NCBI GenBank assembly: GCA_002433895.1
Contig: DJJA01000004.1
Span: 24,132 to 88,131, forward strand
Length of the DNA stretch: 64,000 nucleotides
Reading direction: 5' to 3'
From: Candidatus Gottesmanbacteria bacterium UBA6580
GTDB taxonomy: Bacteria > Patescibacteriota > Microgenomatia > UBA10105 > UBA927
Numbering within the stretch: position 1 is the stretch's first letter; each line of letters starts with the position of its first letter. Position numbers and translations under genes: made by a program. Below are positions 10,262 to 21,100 of this stretch, piece after piece. The notes below the pieces were generated by a model. The model did not search any database. It worked only from the letters and a program-made list of their open reading frames with translations, and was not told the origin of the DNA.

Positions 10262-11488
10262 CTATTTGCAGTGCCAGGACGCCTCCTCAAAGTTGAGCGT
10301 CTCCAGCAGACCGGCGTCTTCGGCATAGACCGAAATGGCGCCATCGGCGGCAGTCCACACATCGAACCATCCGGAACCTCCGGGGTGGGTCAAATGGTGA
10401 AAGCCGTTGCCTTTGCTGTTGAACGTCCATGCGCCACCTTCCCAGTCGGGAGCAGTCCAGTAAGAAGGTTCGTCGCCTCCGAGGATTGCTGCTGCCATAA
10501 CGGGGTTGGCGGGACACGTGGTGTTCAGGTCAGGCTGTACCCAGCGTCCACGCAGGTGGATGTTGATGCCGGGCACGGTCCCATACCGGGGGTCTTGACG
10601 GAAGCCGTAATTGAACTCCCGTGCCATGAGCGTCACGTCATCGTGAACCCAGGCTTGGTCATGGCTGGTGAAGGTCTTGAGCTGACGGATTGTCGCGCCC
10701 CATACCCACATGCCCTTGTGCGGACCCTTGTTGACGGAAACGGTGCCATCGGCTTCAGTAACCGTATACTCGAAGTTGTCGAGGAACGGCTGCCAATAGA
10801 CACCGATGCCGACCGCTTGCACGACCCACTTGCCGCACCCTTCCCAAGGTACAGCCAAGCCGTCTTTGAGCGGTTTGACGCCATTTGTGGGCCAGCCGTG
10901 CGCTTCGATGAGTTGCGCATTGGTCAAGCAGGCGTCGCTGTCCGTGCCGCTCGGCGTGACGTTGGCGGGTGCCGACGTATAGCTTACCGGCGCGGGCAAA
11001 ATGGTGCCACCGCATTCGATGGTGACTGCGCCGACGTGGACAGAAGGTGCGCCCAGTGCACATCCTTCGATAATCGCGTCCCGAACCGACTGTTCATCAC
11101 TAGCATGCACCACGGTACTGGTTGCTTTGGGCGTCAGGGTGTAGGTCACTGCCACTGACGTGTTGGTCGGCGGGATGTTTGTCGCGGTCGACGTGACGGT
11201 CTTGGTCGGCGTGAAAATCGCAGTCGCCGTTTGAGCCGGTGCATCGGTCACGATGGAAATGAACGGGCCATCGGTGGCTGTTGCAGTTGGACCGCCTGGC
11301 ACTGTTGGCGTGGCGCTTCCATAGACAATGATTTGTGCCTGCGTCAGGGCGGCGTTGATGGTTGCAGTTTCTTTCGCGTCGGTCGTGATGTCGTTCGCAT
11401 CCGGCGTGAACAGTCCACAACTCATGGTCACCAATGCCAATACGATAAAGGCAGTGGCAGCGATGCGGTGTTTATTTTTGGTAAACAT
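10262..11488 (-). CDS. putative lipoprotein with Thr/Pro-rich linker and Trp/Cys-containing C-terminal domain
   Basis: Signal peptide ending VTMSC; PTATAT linker; AAGGAG SD; visibly more GC-rich than neighbours. Confidence 0.8.
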   Translation of the reverse strand: MFTKNKHRIAATAFIVLALVTMSCGLFTPDANDITTDAKETATINAALTQAQIIVYGSATPTVPGGPTATATDGPFISIVTDAPAQTATAIFTPTKTVTSTATNIPPTNTSVAVTYTLTPKATSTVVHASDEQSVRDAIIEGCALGAPSVHVGAVTIECGGTILPAPVSYTSAPANVTPSGTDSDACLTNAQLIEAHGWPTNGVKPLKDGLAVPWEGCGKWVVQAVGIGVYWQPFLDNFEYTVTEADGTVSVNKGPHKGMWVWGATIRQLKTFTSHDQAWVHDDVTLMAREFNYGFRQDPRYGTVPGINIHLRGRWVQPDLNTTCPANPVMAAAILGGDEPSYWTAPDWEGGAWTFNSKGNGFHHLTHPGGSGWFDVWTAADGAISVYAEDAGLLETLNFEEASWHCK

Positions 11489-11918
11489 GGCTTCTCCTTA
11501 TTTACCTCCGAGTAGGTTTTTGTTCCTCTCGGGCATATAGATTGCCGTCAGCTACACAGTGCAGCTGATCGGTGTTATTGGTTTCCCCAAGAAGGGGATT
11601 GAACGGTGGGTCTGTTTTTATTTTTTTGGGTTTTGGTTTCCTTTCTTAGTGAATTTGGATTCCGTCGAAAATATCGTAGATATTTTAGTTATTTCCCCCA
11701 AGACGGATAATTTGTGAATGTAAGAGTCCTTACTCTCTTGATTAAATTGTGTATATTCCCCTGATACATACAGATATGGTGTTCTGTACATAGTGGGGGA
11801 ATATACGTCCGTCTCCCGTTCATTTTTTTCGGAGTGCCATGCGTTTCATCATCCGCAACGTTCCGCTATATTATGTTAAGAAATAACCGTACATCCATTC
11901 CGTGACAACTTGGTACAG

Positions 11919-12008
11919 CTTTACACCTCCAAAGGTGGAAGTGTAAGCGGGTAGCAAGTGGCGAAAAGGAGACGGTTTCCACCTCCGCTTAAAGCGGAAG
12001 TAGTTTCC
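11919..12008. mobile_element. possible IS200/IS605-derived non-autonomous remnant (two end-like hairpins)
   Basis: GCTTTACACCTCCAAAGGTGGAAGTGTAAGC and TTCCACCTCCGCTTAAAGCGGAAGTAGTTTCC imperfect palindromes ~30 nt apart; no transposase. Confidence 0.3.
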
Positions 12009-12176
12009 CTGTATGCCTTGTTAATGTGCGTACCGGTTTGCCCCGGGTCGGTCGCAATTGACCTTCCGGAACTCGCCGAAATTTTTTCTGGAGTATTTTT
12101 TACCTCCAGAAAAGAATCCCGCCCGTCCTCCTGCCGTAAGACAAGACGGGACTCATTTCCGAGGGTAATATATGAT

Positions 12177-12204
12177 TGTCATTCTGAGCTTGATTCAGAA
12201 TCCA
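12177..12204 (+). repeat. REP-like palindrome
   Basis: TGTCATTCTGAGCTTGATTCAGAATCCA, of the GTCATTC...GAATCCA palindromic-element type. Confidence 0.4.
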
Positions 12205-12406
12205 TTTTTTGATGGATATTTTCATTCGAATAACAATGTATGTTAATGTCCGATGTTTCCTCAGCACAGAAGAACTTCTGCGTTCAGGAAAAGGCACGAG
12301 TAAATGGTCCCGGTAAAGGGTATTTGGCTACGTGCCAGGGTGAGAGAGTTGTCCGCCGAGGCGGAATTTGAAAATAGAGACCGACCGAAGTCGGCCTCTG
12401 GTAAAA

Positions 12407-12829
12407 CTAAGCAGACCCGTCAGGATTAGGGTTTGGAAAGTAGATTTTGCTGTTACATATGATATATGCATATGTAATTTGAAGACCCCCATCTTCCGTA
12501 GCGAGCAATAACATATGCATGCTCCACTCATCATGTAGTTCGACCGTCGTTCGATCAAGTTCCTTGTCTTGATTGTCTGTGTAAACAAGGTCGTTTATGA
12601 CTCTGGATACTTTTCCGATAACGGTAAAGCCGTCGTCTCCAAGGACTGGGAGACTTTGACCGTTTTTTAATTCAATCATTCCTGTTCCTGCACAGGAGGA
12701 TTGAGGGACGACCTGCTCTGTCGGTGCCGGTGGCCCCTGGACGGGTCCGCTTGGAGTGGCTTCAGTTACGGGAGCGCATGCGGTTATCAGGATTATTAAC
12801 ATCACGATTAGAATTCTATTTGTTAACAT
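12407..12829 (-). CDS. putative lipoprotein
   Basis: MLTNRILIVMLIILITAC lipobox followed by a Pro/Thr linker; GAGG SD. Confidence 0.75.
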   Translation of the reverse strand: MLTNRILIVMLIILITACAPVTEATPSGPVQGPPAPTEQVVPQSSCAGTGMIELKNGQSLPVLGDDGFTVIGKVSRVINDLVYTDNQDKELDRTTVELHDEWSMHMLLLATEDGGLQITYAYIICNSKIYFPNPNPDGSA

Positions 12830-12908
12830 CTTCTAGTTTCCTCAAAAAATATTGTCTGAGACCGACTTGATAGTCAGACTCGGTCTCATATATGGTTGAC
12901 GACGACGG

Positions 12909-13670
12909 CTACGGCTTTGTGACGGTCGGCGTTGCCGATGGAGTCAAACTGATGACCGGTAGCGGTGCCTCAGGCGTGTTCGTCTGAGCGGCAGACGGCA
13001 CAGCAGTTGCGAACTGGCTGTACTGGGTAGGTCCACCAGGCAGTGACGACGGATAGAATTCCGACGCGTTGACCAGTCCCGGGGCGCGGAAAGCGCTGGG
13101 ATTGTCGCCGATGATGTACAGCTTGCATCGTTGTATCGTCACGTTGCGCGCATACGTCGTCATGAATTTGCAGTATGCGTGAGCGGAAACTGGCGTAGCA
13201 GTAACGAACTCCTCGCCATAGCTGTATTCCACATCTTCAGACGAAGATGAGTAGATATACAGAGTATTTCCGTCCCAATGCGCGACGCTTGTTTGTGCGT
13301 TGTTGCCATCCGGGAGCACCGCAATCGAGCTGCCGAATTCAATGCCTGTCTGTACCAACTGCGTCGGTGTTGCCGAAGAAGTCGGTGTAAATGTTGGCGT
13401 GTTGGTCGGCGTTTTCGTAGGCGTGCTGCTCGGTGTGAATGTGAACGTTGGCTCAATCAAAAACGTCGGTTGCGGCATGAATGTCGGTTGTTGCTCAAAC
13501 GTGGGCTGAACGGCAAACGTAGGTTGTGGCGCGTAGTTAGTCACCACTTGATAGCCGAACATGCTCAGGGTGAGTGCGACGATAACCGCAAGTGCAACGG
13601 TTGTGCTTGCTGCGCCGAGCAGGAACGCGATGAGATCACGTTTTGTGATCTCTTGTAGCTTGGACTTGAT
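12909..13670 (-). CDS. membrane-anchored/secreted Pro-Thr-rich protein (N-terminus extends upstream of ATG 13562)
   Basis: QPTF repeats and TPT linker; open frame upstream encodes KRDLIAFLLGAASTTVALAVIVALTLS behind AAGGAG-AAC-ATC. Confidence 0.75.
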   Translation of the reverse strand: MKSKLQEITKRDLIAFLLGAASTTVALAVIVALTLSMFGYQVVTNYAPQPTFAVQPTFEQQPTFMPQPTFLIEPTFTFTPSSTPTKTPTNTPTFTPTSSATPTQLVQTGIEFGSSIAVLPDGNNAQTSVAHWDGNTLYIYSSSSEDVEYSYGEEFVTATPVSAHAYCKFMTTYARNVTIQRCKLYIIGDNPSAFRAPGLVNASEFYPSSLPGGPTQYSQFATAVPSAAQTNTPEAPLPVISLTPSATPTVTKP

Positions 13671-14561
13671 GTTCTCCTTGTGATCCTAGGCTTATCACCT
13701 TGCGATCGTTTTTTTTTGGTTTTTCCCTTGGCCCCCTGAATGGAGGTTTGTTGGGTGTGACGGTGGGTGGGCGGTCGCCAGTTTGGTGACTTATCAGCCC
13801 TGTTCTATTTTTTATTTTTCGATATTTTTTCTCCGTTTTGAATTGAAAATTGCAGTTGCAATTATCCCCCAAAAAAAGATGAAAAATGCGTGTTTATTCA
13901 ACGCATTTCGATATTAACCCCCGTATTTCTTTCTATTTAATTGTTATGTACCCCCAACTTCTACTCGTCACACTATGACGAGCACAAGTAGGGGGTACAC
14001 GGAGTAACCATGTTATTTCACGTCGCATCTCGACAACACGCTTGCTACCAAACAAACATGTGTAGATTACTGTGGTATTCAACTCTCTCTGTTAAAGTGC
14101 GCTTTTACCCGACACAGGGAAAACCGCAAATTGGTTTTCTGTATCAGACAAAAATGCTCCATGGTTCTATGCAATGCGCAGAGAAGCACGGTTCCGGGAA
14201 GAACCCCAGAGTCATAGATTACTGCCGTAATCCATGACCCCAGCGTCCATTCATCACCAGAAGCGAGAAGAAGTAATGACCTCTCCTCGCTCCCGATGAT
14301 GACGGGTCATAACTGGTTGCTTTTGACTTTGCACAATTAACCAGACGTAGAGAGTTATTCTTCTGGTCAATAGTTAAATGTTGCCAGTTAACTGTTATTG
14401 TTATCACTCTTATGTTAAGTTTGCTATCGTATGTTAATCAAGTTGTCGTAGCGCCCAAAATCCACAAAAAAGGCAGACACATCGTCTGCCGGTTTTTGAA
14501 ATTATGTAATGATTAGTTTTTTGTTTTGGCCGGCAGACCATGTTGTGTTGTAAGCGTATGT

Positions 14562-15230
14562 TTACGGCCGCATTGCCCCTTTGCCCAAAATCCCAAACCC
14601 AATGACGGCTAATGCTAAGAATGGAACCACATAAGCCCAATCTTCAAATCCGGCAACCGGAAGTGTCGTTGCACCCATAATTTTAGTTTGTACACAAAGG
14701 CTTGCGGTATCCTGATCAGATTGCCCGCCAGGACCGGTAGCAGTAGCCGTGTTGACGATATCACATGTAAGGTCATTGGCGAACGCGGATGCGTCCTTGG
14801 CTTTGACCACGATACGGTCGTGCACGGTTTGTCCAGCTTTGAGGTTCGAAATTTCGTACGTTAATTTGTTTTGGCTAGCTTCATAGCGGCCTGGACCTGA
14901 CACAAAAGTCATGGAAGCCGGGAATACGTCGATAACCGTTACTGTTGCAAAGTCAGTGTTACTGGTGTTAGTCACGGCAATATCGTATTCGATCTCGCTG
15001 CCCGCGGAATAGGCGGTATCACTGCTCGTTATGTTTTCGACAAATACGTTGGTATTGGTGGCACTTCGCACCTTTTTGTTGATCACGATATGGTTCGGAG
15101 GACATTCCACCTCGTTGCCGTATTGATTGGTACATGTCGGTGTTTCACCGTAATCGGCGTGCACCGTCTGTGCGCCGAAGGCAAGAAGCGAAAGTGAGAC
15201 TGCGGTGGCTAAGGCGAGTATTGATTTCAT
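14562..15230 (-). CDS. DUF11-domain surface protein, probable sortase substrate
   Basis: Signal peptide; GSEIEYDIAVTN...VTVIDVFP; C-terminal LPVAG + TM + basic tail. Confidence 0.8.
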   Translation of the reverse strand: MKSILALATAVSLSLLAFGAQTVHADYGETPTCTNQYGNEVECPPNHIVINKKVRSATNTNVFVENITSSDTAYSAGSEIEYDIAVTNTSNTDFATVTVIDVFPASMTFVSGPGRYEASQNKLTYEISNLKAGQTVHDRIVVKAKDASAFANDLTCDIVNTATATGPGGQSDQDTASLCVQTKIMGATTLPVAGFEDWAYVVPFLALAVIGFGILGKGAMRP

Positions 15231-15312
15231 AATATATAGTTTGCTCTAGTTGCTGAGCAATCGGTGTACTATATCACAATAGTGCAATTGTGTCAAGTGT
15301 TATAGGATATCG

Positions 15313-16158
15313 TTATATGGTTTCGTTCGACGCTTCTACGAGATCGGCAAATATCAGGAGCCGTTCAGTAACACTGCCTGGTGGCCAACAGGTCTGGAGG
15401 ATGAGGCGTTTTTCGCCCGGCTGGGGAGCCAAATACGAGACCGATGTGGGTTTAACAATTTGTTTCCCCGTAATTTTATAGGTATAAGAGCTGCCTTTAT
15501 AGAACAGTACCACCATGTCTTGTTCTTCAAGATTTTTCAAAAGATAGAAAACGGCGTTTAAATCACCCACAAACCAATCGTAGTTCGTTGAGTGTGAGAA
15601 GAGGTACACTGCGCCGTCTTCATCCGGGAAATACGAAAGGGACGAATGGGCGATGCCTGTTTCCAAGGCTTTAAGGTATTCTCCCGGTTTGGTCGGATTC
15701 ACCGCTGGTATGACTGCTGCATTGACGCCGATTTTGGGGATCACGAGGGAAAAATCCTTGTTTACCGGGTCAATGGAAGCTCCATCAGGTGTTTTGAGCG
15801 GGTCAAACGCCGCGGGTACTGACGGGTGGGGTTGGGCGGGCACCTGTGCGACCTGGTGGCCAAACCGTGTGTATACCGAATTGGCATACGCAGCCATCTT
15901 GGCCTGTATCGCTGCCTGGTAAGCAGGAAGGGTACGCTCAATGGAAAGTAAGGCATACTTTGCTTCAAGCCGTAGCCGTGGCGTGAGCGGGCCGCTCAAG
16001 CCGCCTAATGCAAGGGCAATCATACCTATGCCCATGAGAGTTGCCCATGATGTGGAACGGGTGGAAACCCGTGATTTGGCCTTGGGTTTTACCGATGTGG
16101 GCGCGGGAGTGCCCGGAGCGTCCCACGCGTGATAGTAAATGATGCCTGAGGATTTCAT
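15313..16158 (-). CDS. sortase
   Basis: N-terminal TM; LVIPKIGVNA; FSHS His; LILQTCWPPG...RL Cys/Arg catalytic motifs. Confidence 0.9.
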   Translation of the reverse strand: MKSSGIIYYHAWDAPGTPAPTSVKPKAKSRVSTRSTSWATLMGIGMIALALGGLSGPLTPRLRLEAKYALLSIERTLPAYQAAIQAKMAAYANSVYTRFGHQVAQVPAQPHPSVPAAFDPLKTPDGASIDPVNKDFSLVIPKIGVNAAVIPAVNPTKPGEYLKALETGIAHSSLSYFPDEDGAVYLFSHSTNYDWFVGDLNAVFYLLKNLEEQDMVVLFYKGSSYTYKITGKQIVKPTSVSYLAPQPGEKRLILQTCWPPGSVTERLLIFADLVEASNETI

Positions 16159-16164
16159 ATAGGT

Positions 16165-16200
16165 ATGACGAAAATGACGAAAGTAACGAAAATAACCTGA
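16165..16200. repeat. 9-bp tandem repeat upstream of sortase
   Basis: ATGACGAAA ATGACGAAA GTAACGAAA ATAACCTGA. Confidence 0.7.
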
Positions 16201-16278
16201 TTGAAACTGGTAACGGAGTATACACTATAAGACATAATTTAGCAATGCAATGCCGAAGGTTTACGCGCGAGTACCGGG

Positions 16279-16674
16279 TTAAATCTTGATGGGTGCGACA
16301 TAGCTTCCGGCTCTGTAGTACACTCCGTCTGATCCTCGTGAGTAAATGCGGTTGGCGCGGGTGACTACACGGAGCTCTCTCACATCAGTCCGTTTGGTGG
16401 GGGAGCCAAAGACTGCTGCCCATACCCAGCGTTTTTTTCCTGACAATTCAACCACGGTTTTCCATCCAAAACTACCATGTTGTTTTGCTTCCTTCGCGCC
16501 CCGCATGCCATCTCGTAGGCAGGTGAATGAGCGGCAATGCCACACAGACTCATCTTCGTATTTTGATATGGGGATGGAGCGCAGTCCGTTGTCACTGAGC
16601 ATCTCAGGTATGAGTGCCGGATGGCATTCTTGGTTGATAGGGCACCGGCGGCATATGGCGTATTCTTTGTTCAT
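16279..16674 (-). CDS. hypothetical Cys-rich basic protein
   Basis: CRRCPINQEC...HCRSFTC; 4-bp overlap with the GNAT stop. Confidence 0.55.
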   Translation of the reverse strand: MNKEYAICRRCPINQECHPALIPEMLSDNGLRSIPISKYEDESVWHCRSFTCLRDGMRGAKEAKQHGSFGWKTVVELSGKKRWVWAAVFGSPTKRTDVRELRVVTRANRIYSRGSDGVYYRAGSYVAPIKI

Positions 16675-17186
16675 GTAAGTGTTTTTTCAAATTTGAGCAT
16701 TGGTGTACCATCGATGGTGACATCAGCAGTGTGTATAAAACCTGACCGGATAAACAGCTTTATGCTTTTTTCATTGTCGGGTTTGATAAGTGCGCGTACC
16801 AAGGTGAGGTGAATAGTGTGTCGTGCGTAATGGAGGAGTTGGTCGAGTGCTTGTGTGCCGATGCCGCGGCTTTGATATTGTTTTTCCCCGATGACAATGC
16901 CGATTTCTCCCGTATTGCTTGGTGCGTGATCCTGGCGGATATTGATAAATCCGACTGGTTTATTATCAAGTCGTATATCAAAGTAATGTCTGCGGGGATC
17001 AGTTGTTGCGGAATCTACCCAACGGTATACTTCCTCGGGTTTTGTGGGGAGTGTACCACACATCCACTGCCGGATTTCGGGATCAGTGATCCATCGGAAC
17101 CAGTTTGCGCGCGTTTCTTTTGATTGTTGCGTTGGTGCTATGTCAACGGTTGTTTGGAGCCTTCGTACTTCCTGGATTGCTACCAT
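16671..17186 (-). CDS. GNAT (RimJ/RimL-like) acetyltransferase
   Basis: EIGIVIGEKQYQSRGIGTQAL and NEKSIKLFIRSGF; start placed at MVAIQE. Confidence 0.85.
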   Translation of the reverse strand: MVAIQEVRRLQTTVDIAPTQQSKETRANWFRWITDPEIRQWMCGTLPTKPEEVYRWVDSATTDPRRHYFDIRLDNKPVGFINIRQDHAPSNTGEIGIVIGEKQYQSRGIGTQALDQLLHYARHTIHLTLVRALIKPDNEKSIKLFIRSGFIHTADVTIDGTPMLKFEKTLT

Positions 17187-17332
17187 AATAAACGCGGAAG
17201 TATAGCAGAATGTCCTATAGGAGGCAACAACTGAGGTCAATGAATTTTCTTGTAGAAAATGGCGTTTTAGGGTAATATTACCCTAGATTTTTTTCCTGTT
17301 GTGACAAGGCGTTACATAATAGAAGGAGATAT

Positions 17333-17599
17333 ATGGCTGGTAGGCTGTTTAAAGAACTGGAAATAGTAGTGGTGGGGGAAACCTATGACCGTCAGAGGCG
17401 GGGTTTGGCCGCGCGGGAGCGGTTGCGTGCTCGATTGTCACTTCTGACCAAAGATTCAGTGGAAATTGCTGATGCTTCCCATATCGGAACCGCGTTTATA
17501 GGGTTGGAGCATTTATCTCCAAGTGAATTACTCAATGTTTCACGCAGGCGTTTTAGGGCAGCCAAGGGACAGGGAGATGCCACTGATGTTTTTGTCTAA
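17333..17599 (+). CDS. hypothetical protein
   Basis: 88-aa ORF with AAGGAG SD. Confidence 0.55.
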   Translation: MAGRLFKELEIVVVGETYDRQRRGLAARERLRARLSLLTKDSVEIADASHIGTAFIGLEHLSPSELLNVSRRRFRAAKGQGDATDVFV

Positions 17600-17603
17600 T
17601 ACA

Positions 17604-18047
17604 CTACCTAAAAGTGGGTAGCCTGATTTGTAGCTTTTTTTGACCCGTGACCGCTTCGTATTGGATACATCCCGGACGGGTCCGGCTCCGCATAACGACG
17701 CAGTTTACACACTCCGGGCGTATCATGCCAGGGTGTTTATTCGCCTCTTCGCGTAGATCAAATTTAACGCTTAAAATCCAATTAAACGGAAGCGGCTCAG
17801 CGTCATCATGCCGATCAGCGCTCGTACGAGATCTATCGTGATTACTTATAGTGATACATCCATAACCATCGAGATGCTTTCTGAGCTTCGATGCCCTCGG
17901 TTGCCAGGGGTACACAAGCTCAAGGAGTTTTGAGGGAAGATATGGGGTGCGAAATTTAAGATGCGTCAGCGCCGCCTGAATTTTGTGGTCAGGTTCATGG
18001 TAAATATTCGTGGGGAGTGCGGGCAATACCCGTTCGTGATGTCGCAT
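17604..18047 (-). CDS. hypothetical protein with CxxC
   Basis: 147-aa ORF; ECVNC...GC. Confidence 0.5.
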   Translation of the reverse strand: MRHHERVLPALPTNIYHEPDHKIQAALTHLKFRTPYLPSKLLELVYPWQPRASKLRKHLDGYGCITISNHDRSRTSADRHDDAEPLPFNWILSVKFDLREEANKHPGMIRPECVNCVVMRSRTRPGCIQYEAVTGQKKLQIRLPTFR

Positions 18048-18138
18048 GGGCAGTAAAACTATAGGGTGAACTATATCACACTATTATAGAGGATATCAAA
18101 CAATAAAATTGATAGAGGGGCGCGGTGATGCAGGGGAC

Positions 18139-21100
18139 TTATTTCGGCTGTTTTTTGACAAATGATATTTCCAGTTTATCGCCGGAGATATCGATGCGTC
18201 CTGCCTGCCACTGTTGATTGATGCGGCCATTGATGTGATCAAGTACCAATCCATTGAAATTATTAAGACTGTTGCGTATGGTGCCTTCGGCGAGCCGGAA
18301 GAGCATCGGGAGTTTGATGTTTAAAGTATTTTTATCAACAATCAATCCCTTGGTCGGATCGGTGATAAGCGTGCCGGAAAATTGCGCTTCTCCAAGTTTT
18401 GCGCCTGCTACTTTTATTTTTGCGGTCATATCTTCCAGTTTGACCCGGTTACCGAGAAGGGTAATACGGCCTCCTGTAATTCTGGTACCTGCCATATCAA
18501 CAGATGATTTGACGTAGTCCATAAGCTCGTTGCTGGTAAACTGCACTTTTGCTTCTGACTCTTTGCTTCTGCTGACGACATAGTTAATCCGATCATCAAC
18601 ACCCTCAGGGAGGGGAGCTTCTGGCTTTGGTGTTTCTGGTGTTCCTGCTTGTTCTGGTTGATTGGCTTCGTTTACCTCCGGTGAACTGATAGAAGATGCG
18701 ACTGTTTCGGTGGTAGGCGTTTCGACTATTGATGCTTCCGCGTTTTCACCCGCCATGCTTTCGAGGTGTTCGCGGGATGTTTCCGGGGCTTTTGGGGTCG
18801 CCGCGACGATTTCAGGTGCGGTTGTTTTTGCGTATGCTTCGATGTCGGGGGCAACCGACATATTTGCGCCAAGATTAGTGGTATCAAGGAGGTTCACCTT
18901 ACCATCTTTGAGTTCGTAGGTGAGACCCAGTGAGTCTAAGGCGCGGGTAAAGTATCCATTAAACCGTTCGGGATGCCCGCTTTTCAGTGACGGATACATG
19001 TGTTCGTACATGTTGGTAAGATGCGTTTCCAAATGTTCTTTGGTAAATTGTTCGCTGGCAATTTTACCCATTTCTTCCCAGGTCATATTTTTATACACTT
19101 CATTATTTTCAAGCGGTGCTGCCGGTTCAGCTAATCCGAGCTGTTGAAGTTGCATATAGATGGTTTCTTTGGGATCCATAGTGGCAGTCAGGGTGGGAAG
19201 CACAGTCGCGACGTCAGGCGTGCCGCGTGCTTCGGTGATCATCCACGCAAGCTCCCGTTCTTCAAGAAATGGTGATGTTTGATTGTATCCGCCGACTGCA
19301 GCAAGTGTGCCTGCACGTACCGCAAGATTGCCTTGGAATACCGCCGGTACGCTTTGTGCCTCTCCGTGCCGGACAAGCGCATCAAACACTTCAAACGCTC
19401 GGTGATGGGCAAATAACATTGGGTACGTCGCGTATGTTTCCGGGGGTAGTTGATATGTGCCGCTTACCATATCAAGCGTGGGATTGGCATCAAGCGCGTC
19501 AACAATACTTGAAAGATATGTGGCTTCTATTGGTTTGCCAGTGCTGTTTTCTGCAATTATTACCGCTTCCGGGGCTTCTGCCGGCCGTGAAGCAAGGCGT
19601 GATAGGGTGAAATTGGTCATGTCGCGTTTTACCTGGCCACTCGTTGGCGCATTCTGATATTCGCGGGTGACATACACGACCTGCATATCCGGGTGCTCTG
19701 TTTTAAAGCGTTCGATTTCTGCTTTTGTGTTTCCGGGTAACGTTTGATTGACGGAGCCGGTGGGCGGGGTGACGGTCGCTTCGTAGATCACAAATTCCGT
19801 ACGCTTCGGGTCAATCGGTGTGCCATCAGCATTGGTTTGCCCAGCATAGTTATTGAGGCGGTCGTAAATAGTGCTGCCATTTTGTACGAGCGGAATTGTT
19901 ACTACCGCGCGGACATCGGGGTGTACTGCCGGATTTTCCTGTGCTTTCAGGTCTTCGAGCATTTGTGTCTCCTCAGGAGACAATGCGCCGAGGTACCAGT
20001 CAATTTCTTCACGTTCATTGAGTTTCGCTTGTGGATTTTCTTTCAGCCGAGGTGATGTGCGCGCTGCAAGTGCTTCACGATTGATAAATACTTCTTCATA
20101 GCCAAACGGACTTAACAACATATCTCCCGAAAGTGCGTTGGGTGCTAAACTTTCGACTGGTAGTGCTTCTAAGACATGGCGATACGGGATAAATATCGGT
20201 ACCCACGGGATTTCCGGTGCAGGTGTGCCCGGTATCACGGTTGTTTCGACGTTGTAGGGAATATCCAATGGCTTCGCCGCAAGGATTTGACCCATAGGCG
20301 CGTTATCGGTGTGCACTTCTGTCAGTGTAAACTGATGAATGGGTATGATTTTTTCCGGCACGGCTGGTGCGACAACCTCGGGGGAGCTGGTTGTTTCCGT
20401 TACGCCAAGTTTATGAAGAAGTGGTGCCAACTCAGCTTCGGTGGGTAGGTCAGCGTCCCGGCCAAAATATCCCATGCGGAGGAGTAGTGCATCTATTTTG
20501 TCCTGTTCCGATCCTTTTTCTAATATCGCGAGCACTTCCATGGGACCTTTACCGGTTGCCGCTATCTCCTGATACCGGTCAATCGCGGCATTATTAAGTT
20601 CACTGAATTGTTTAATTGCTTCCGGGCTGAAAAATTCCTTCGGTACACTGATATGCGCATCATTAGGAATTCGTGCAATATCAAACTCTTTTACCGCGGT
20701 ATCGCCAAACGTCGCGTCACGGAGATGGAGTATGTGTTCTGATGGGCTTTTTCCATCACCGAGTGTAATATTTTTGGGTATTCCTTCACTGTCATGGGGC
20801 ACCATATGTTGTTCATATAGTCGGAAAAGATTTTTCAGACCGTTGGTCGTGGCAACTTTGTTTTCGCCTTCAGCTCTGTCCATGAAATAGTTCCACAGTC
20901 CGCCCTCGCGGAGGTCGCTGCCGCGGATCTCCATCATCTGACCAGCAGCAGGTGCTTCAGGAGAGGATGGGAGCACGGTCGGAAGTTCGGCGGATAATCT
21001 TACTCGGCTTACTTCAGGGGTTTCCCATTTTAAACCGTGCGCGTTAAGTTCATTGGTGATGCGGGTAATCTCTGCTGGGGTGCCTTTGAGTTCACCGGTA

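Noticed and set aside
10271-11158. 295-aa plus-strand ORF
   Set aside because: Antisense to the better supported lipoprotein gene in GC-rich DNA
10200-13700. Integron cassette array
   Set aside because: Hairpins follow the genes but lack RYYYAAC...GTTRRRY attC ends; no integrase in the window
11853-14420. dif-like sites (TATATTATGTTAAG ending at 11880; TTATGTTAAGT at 14410)
   Set aside because: Only the XerD-like half matches; no XerC arm
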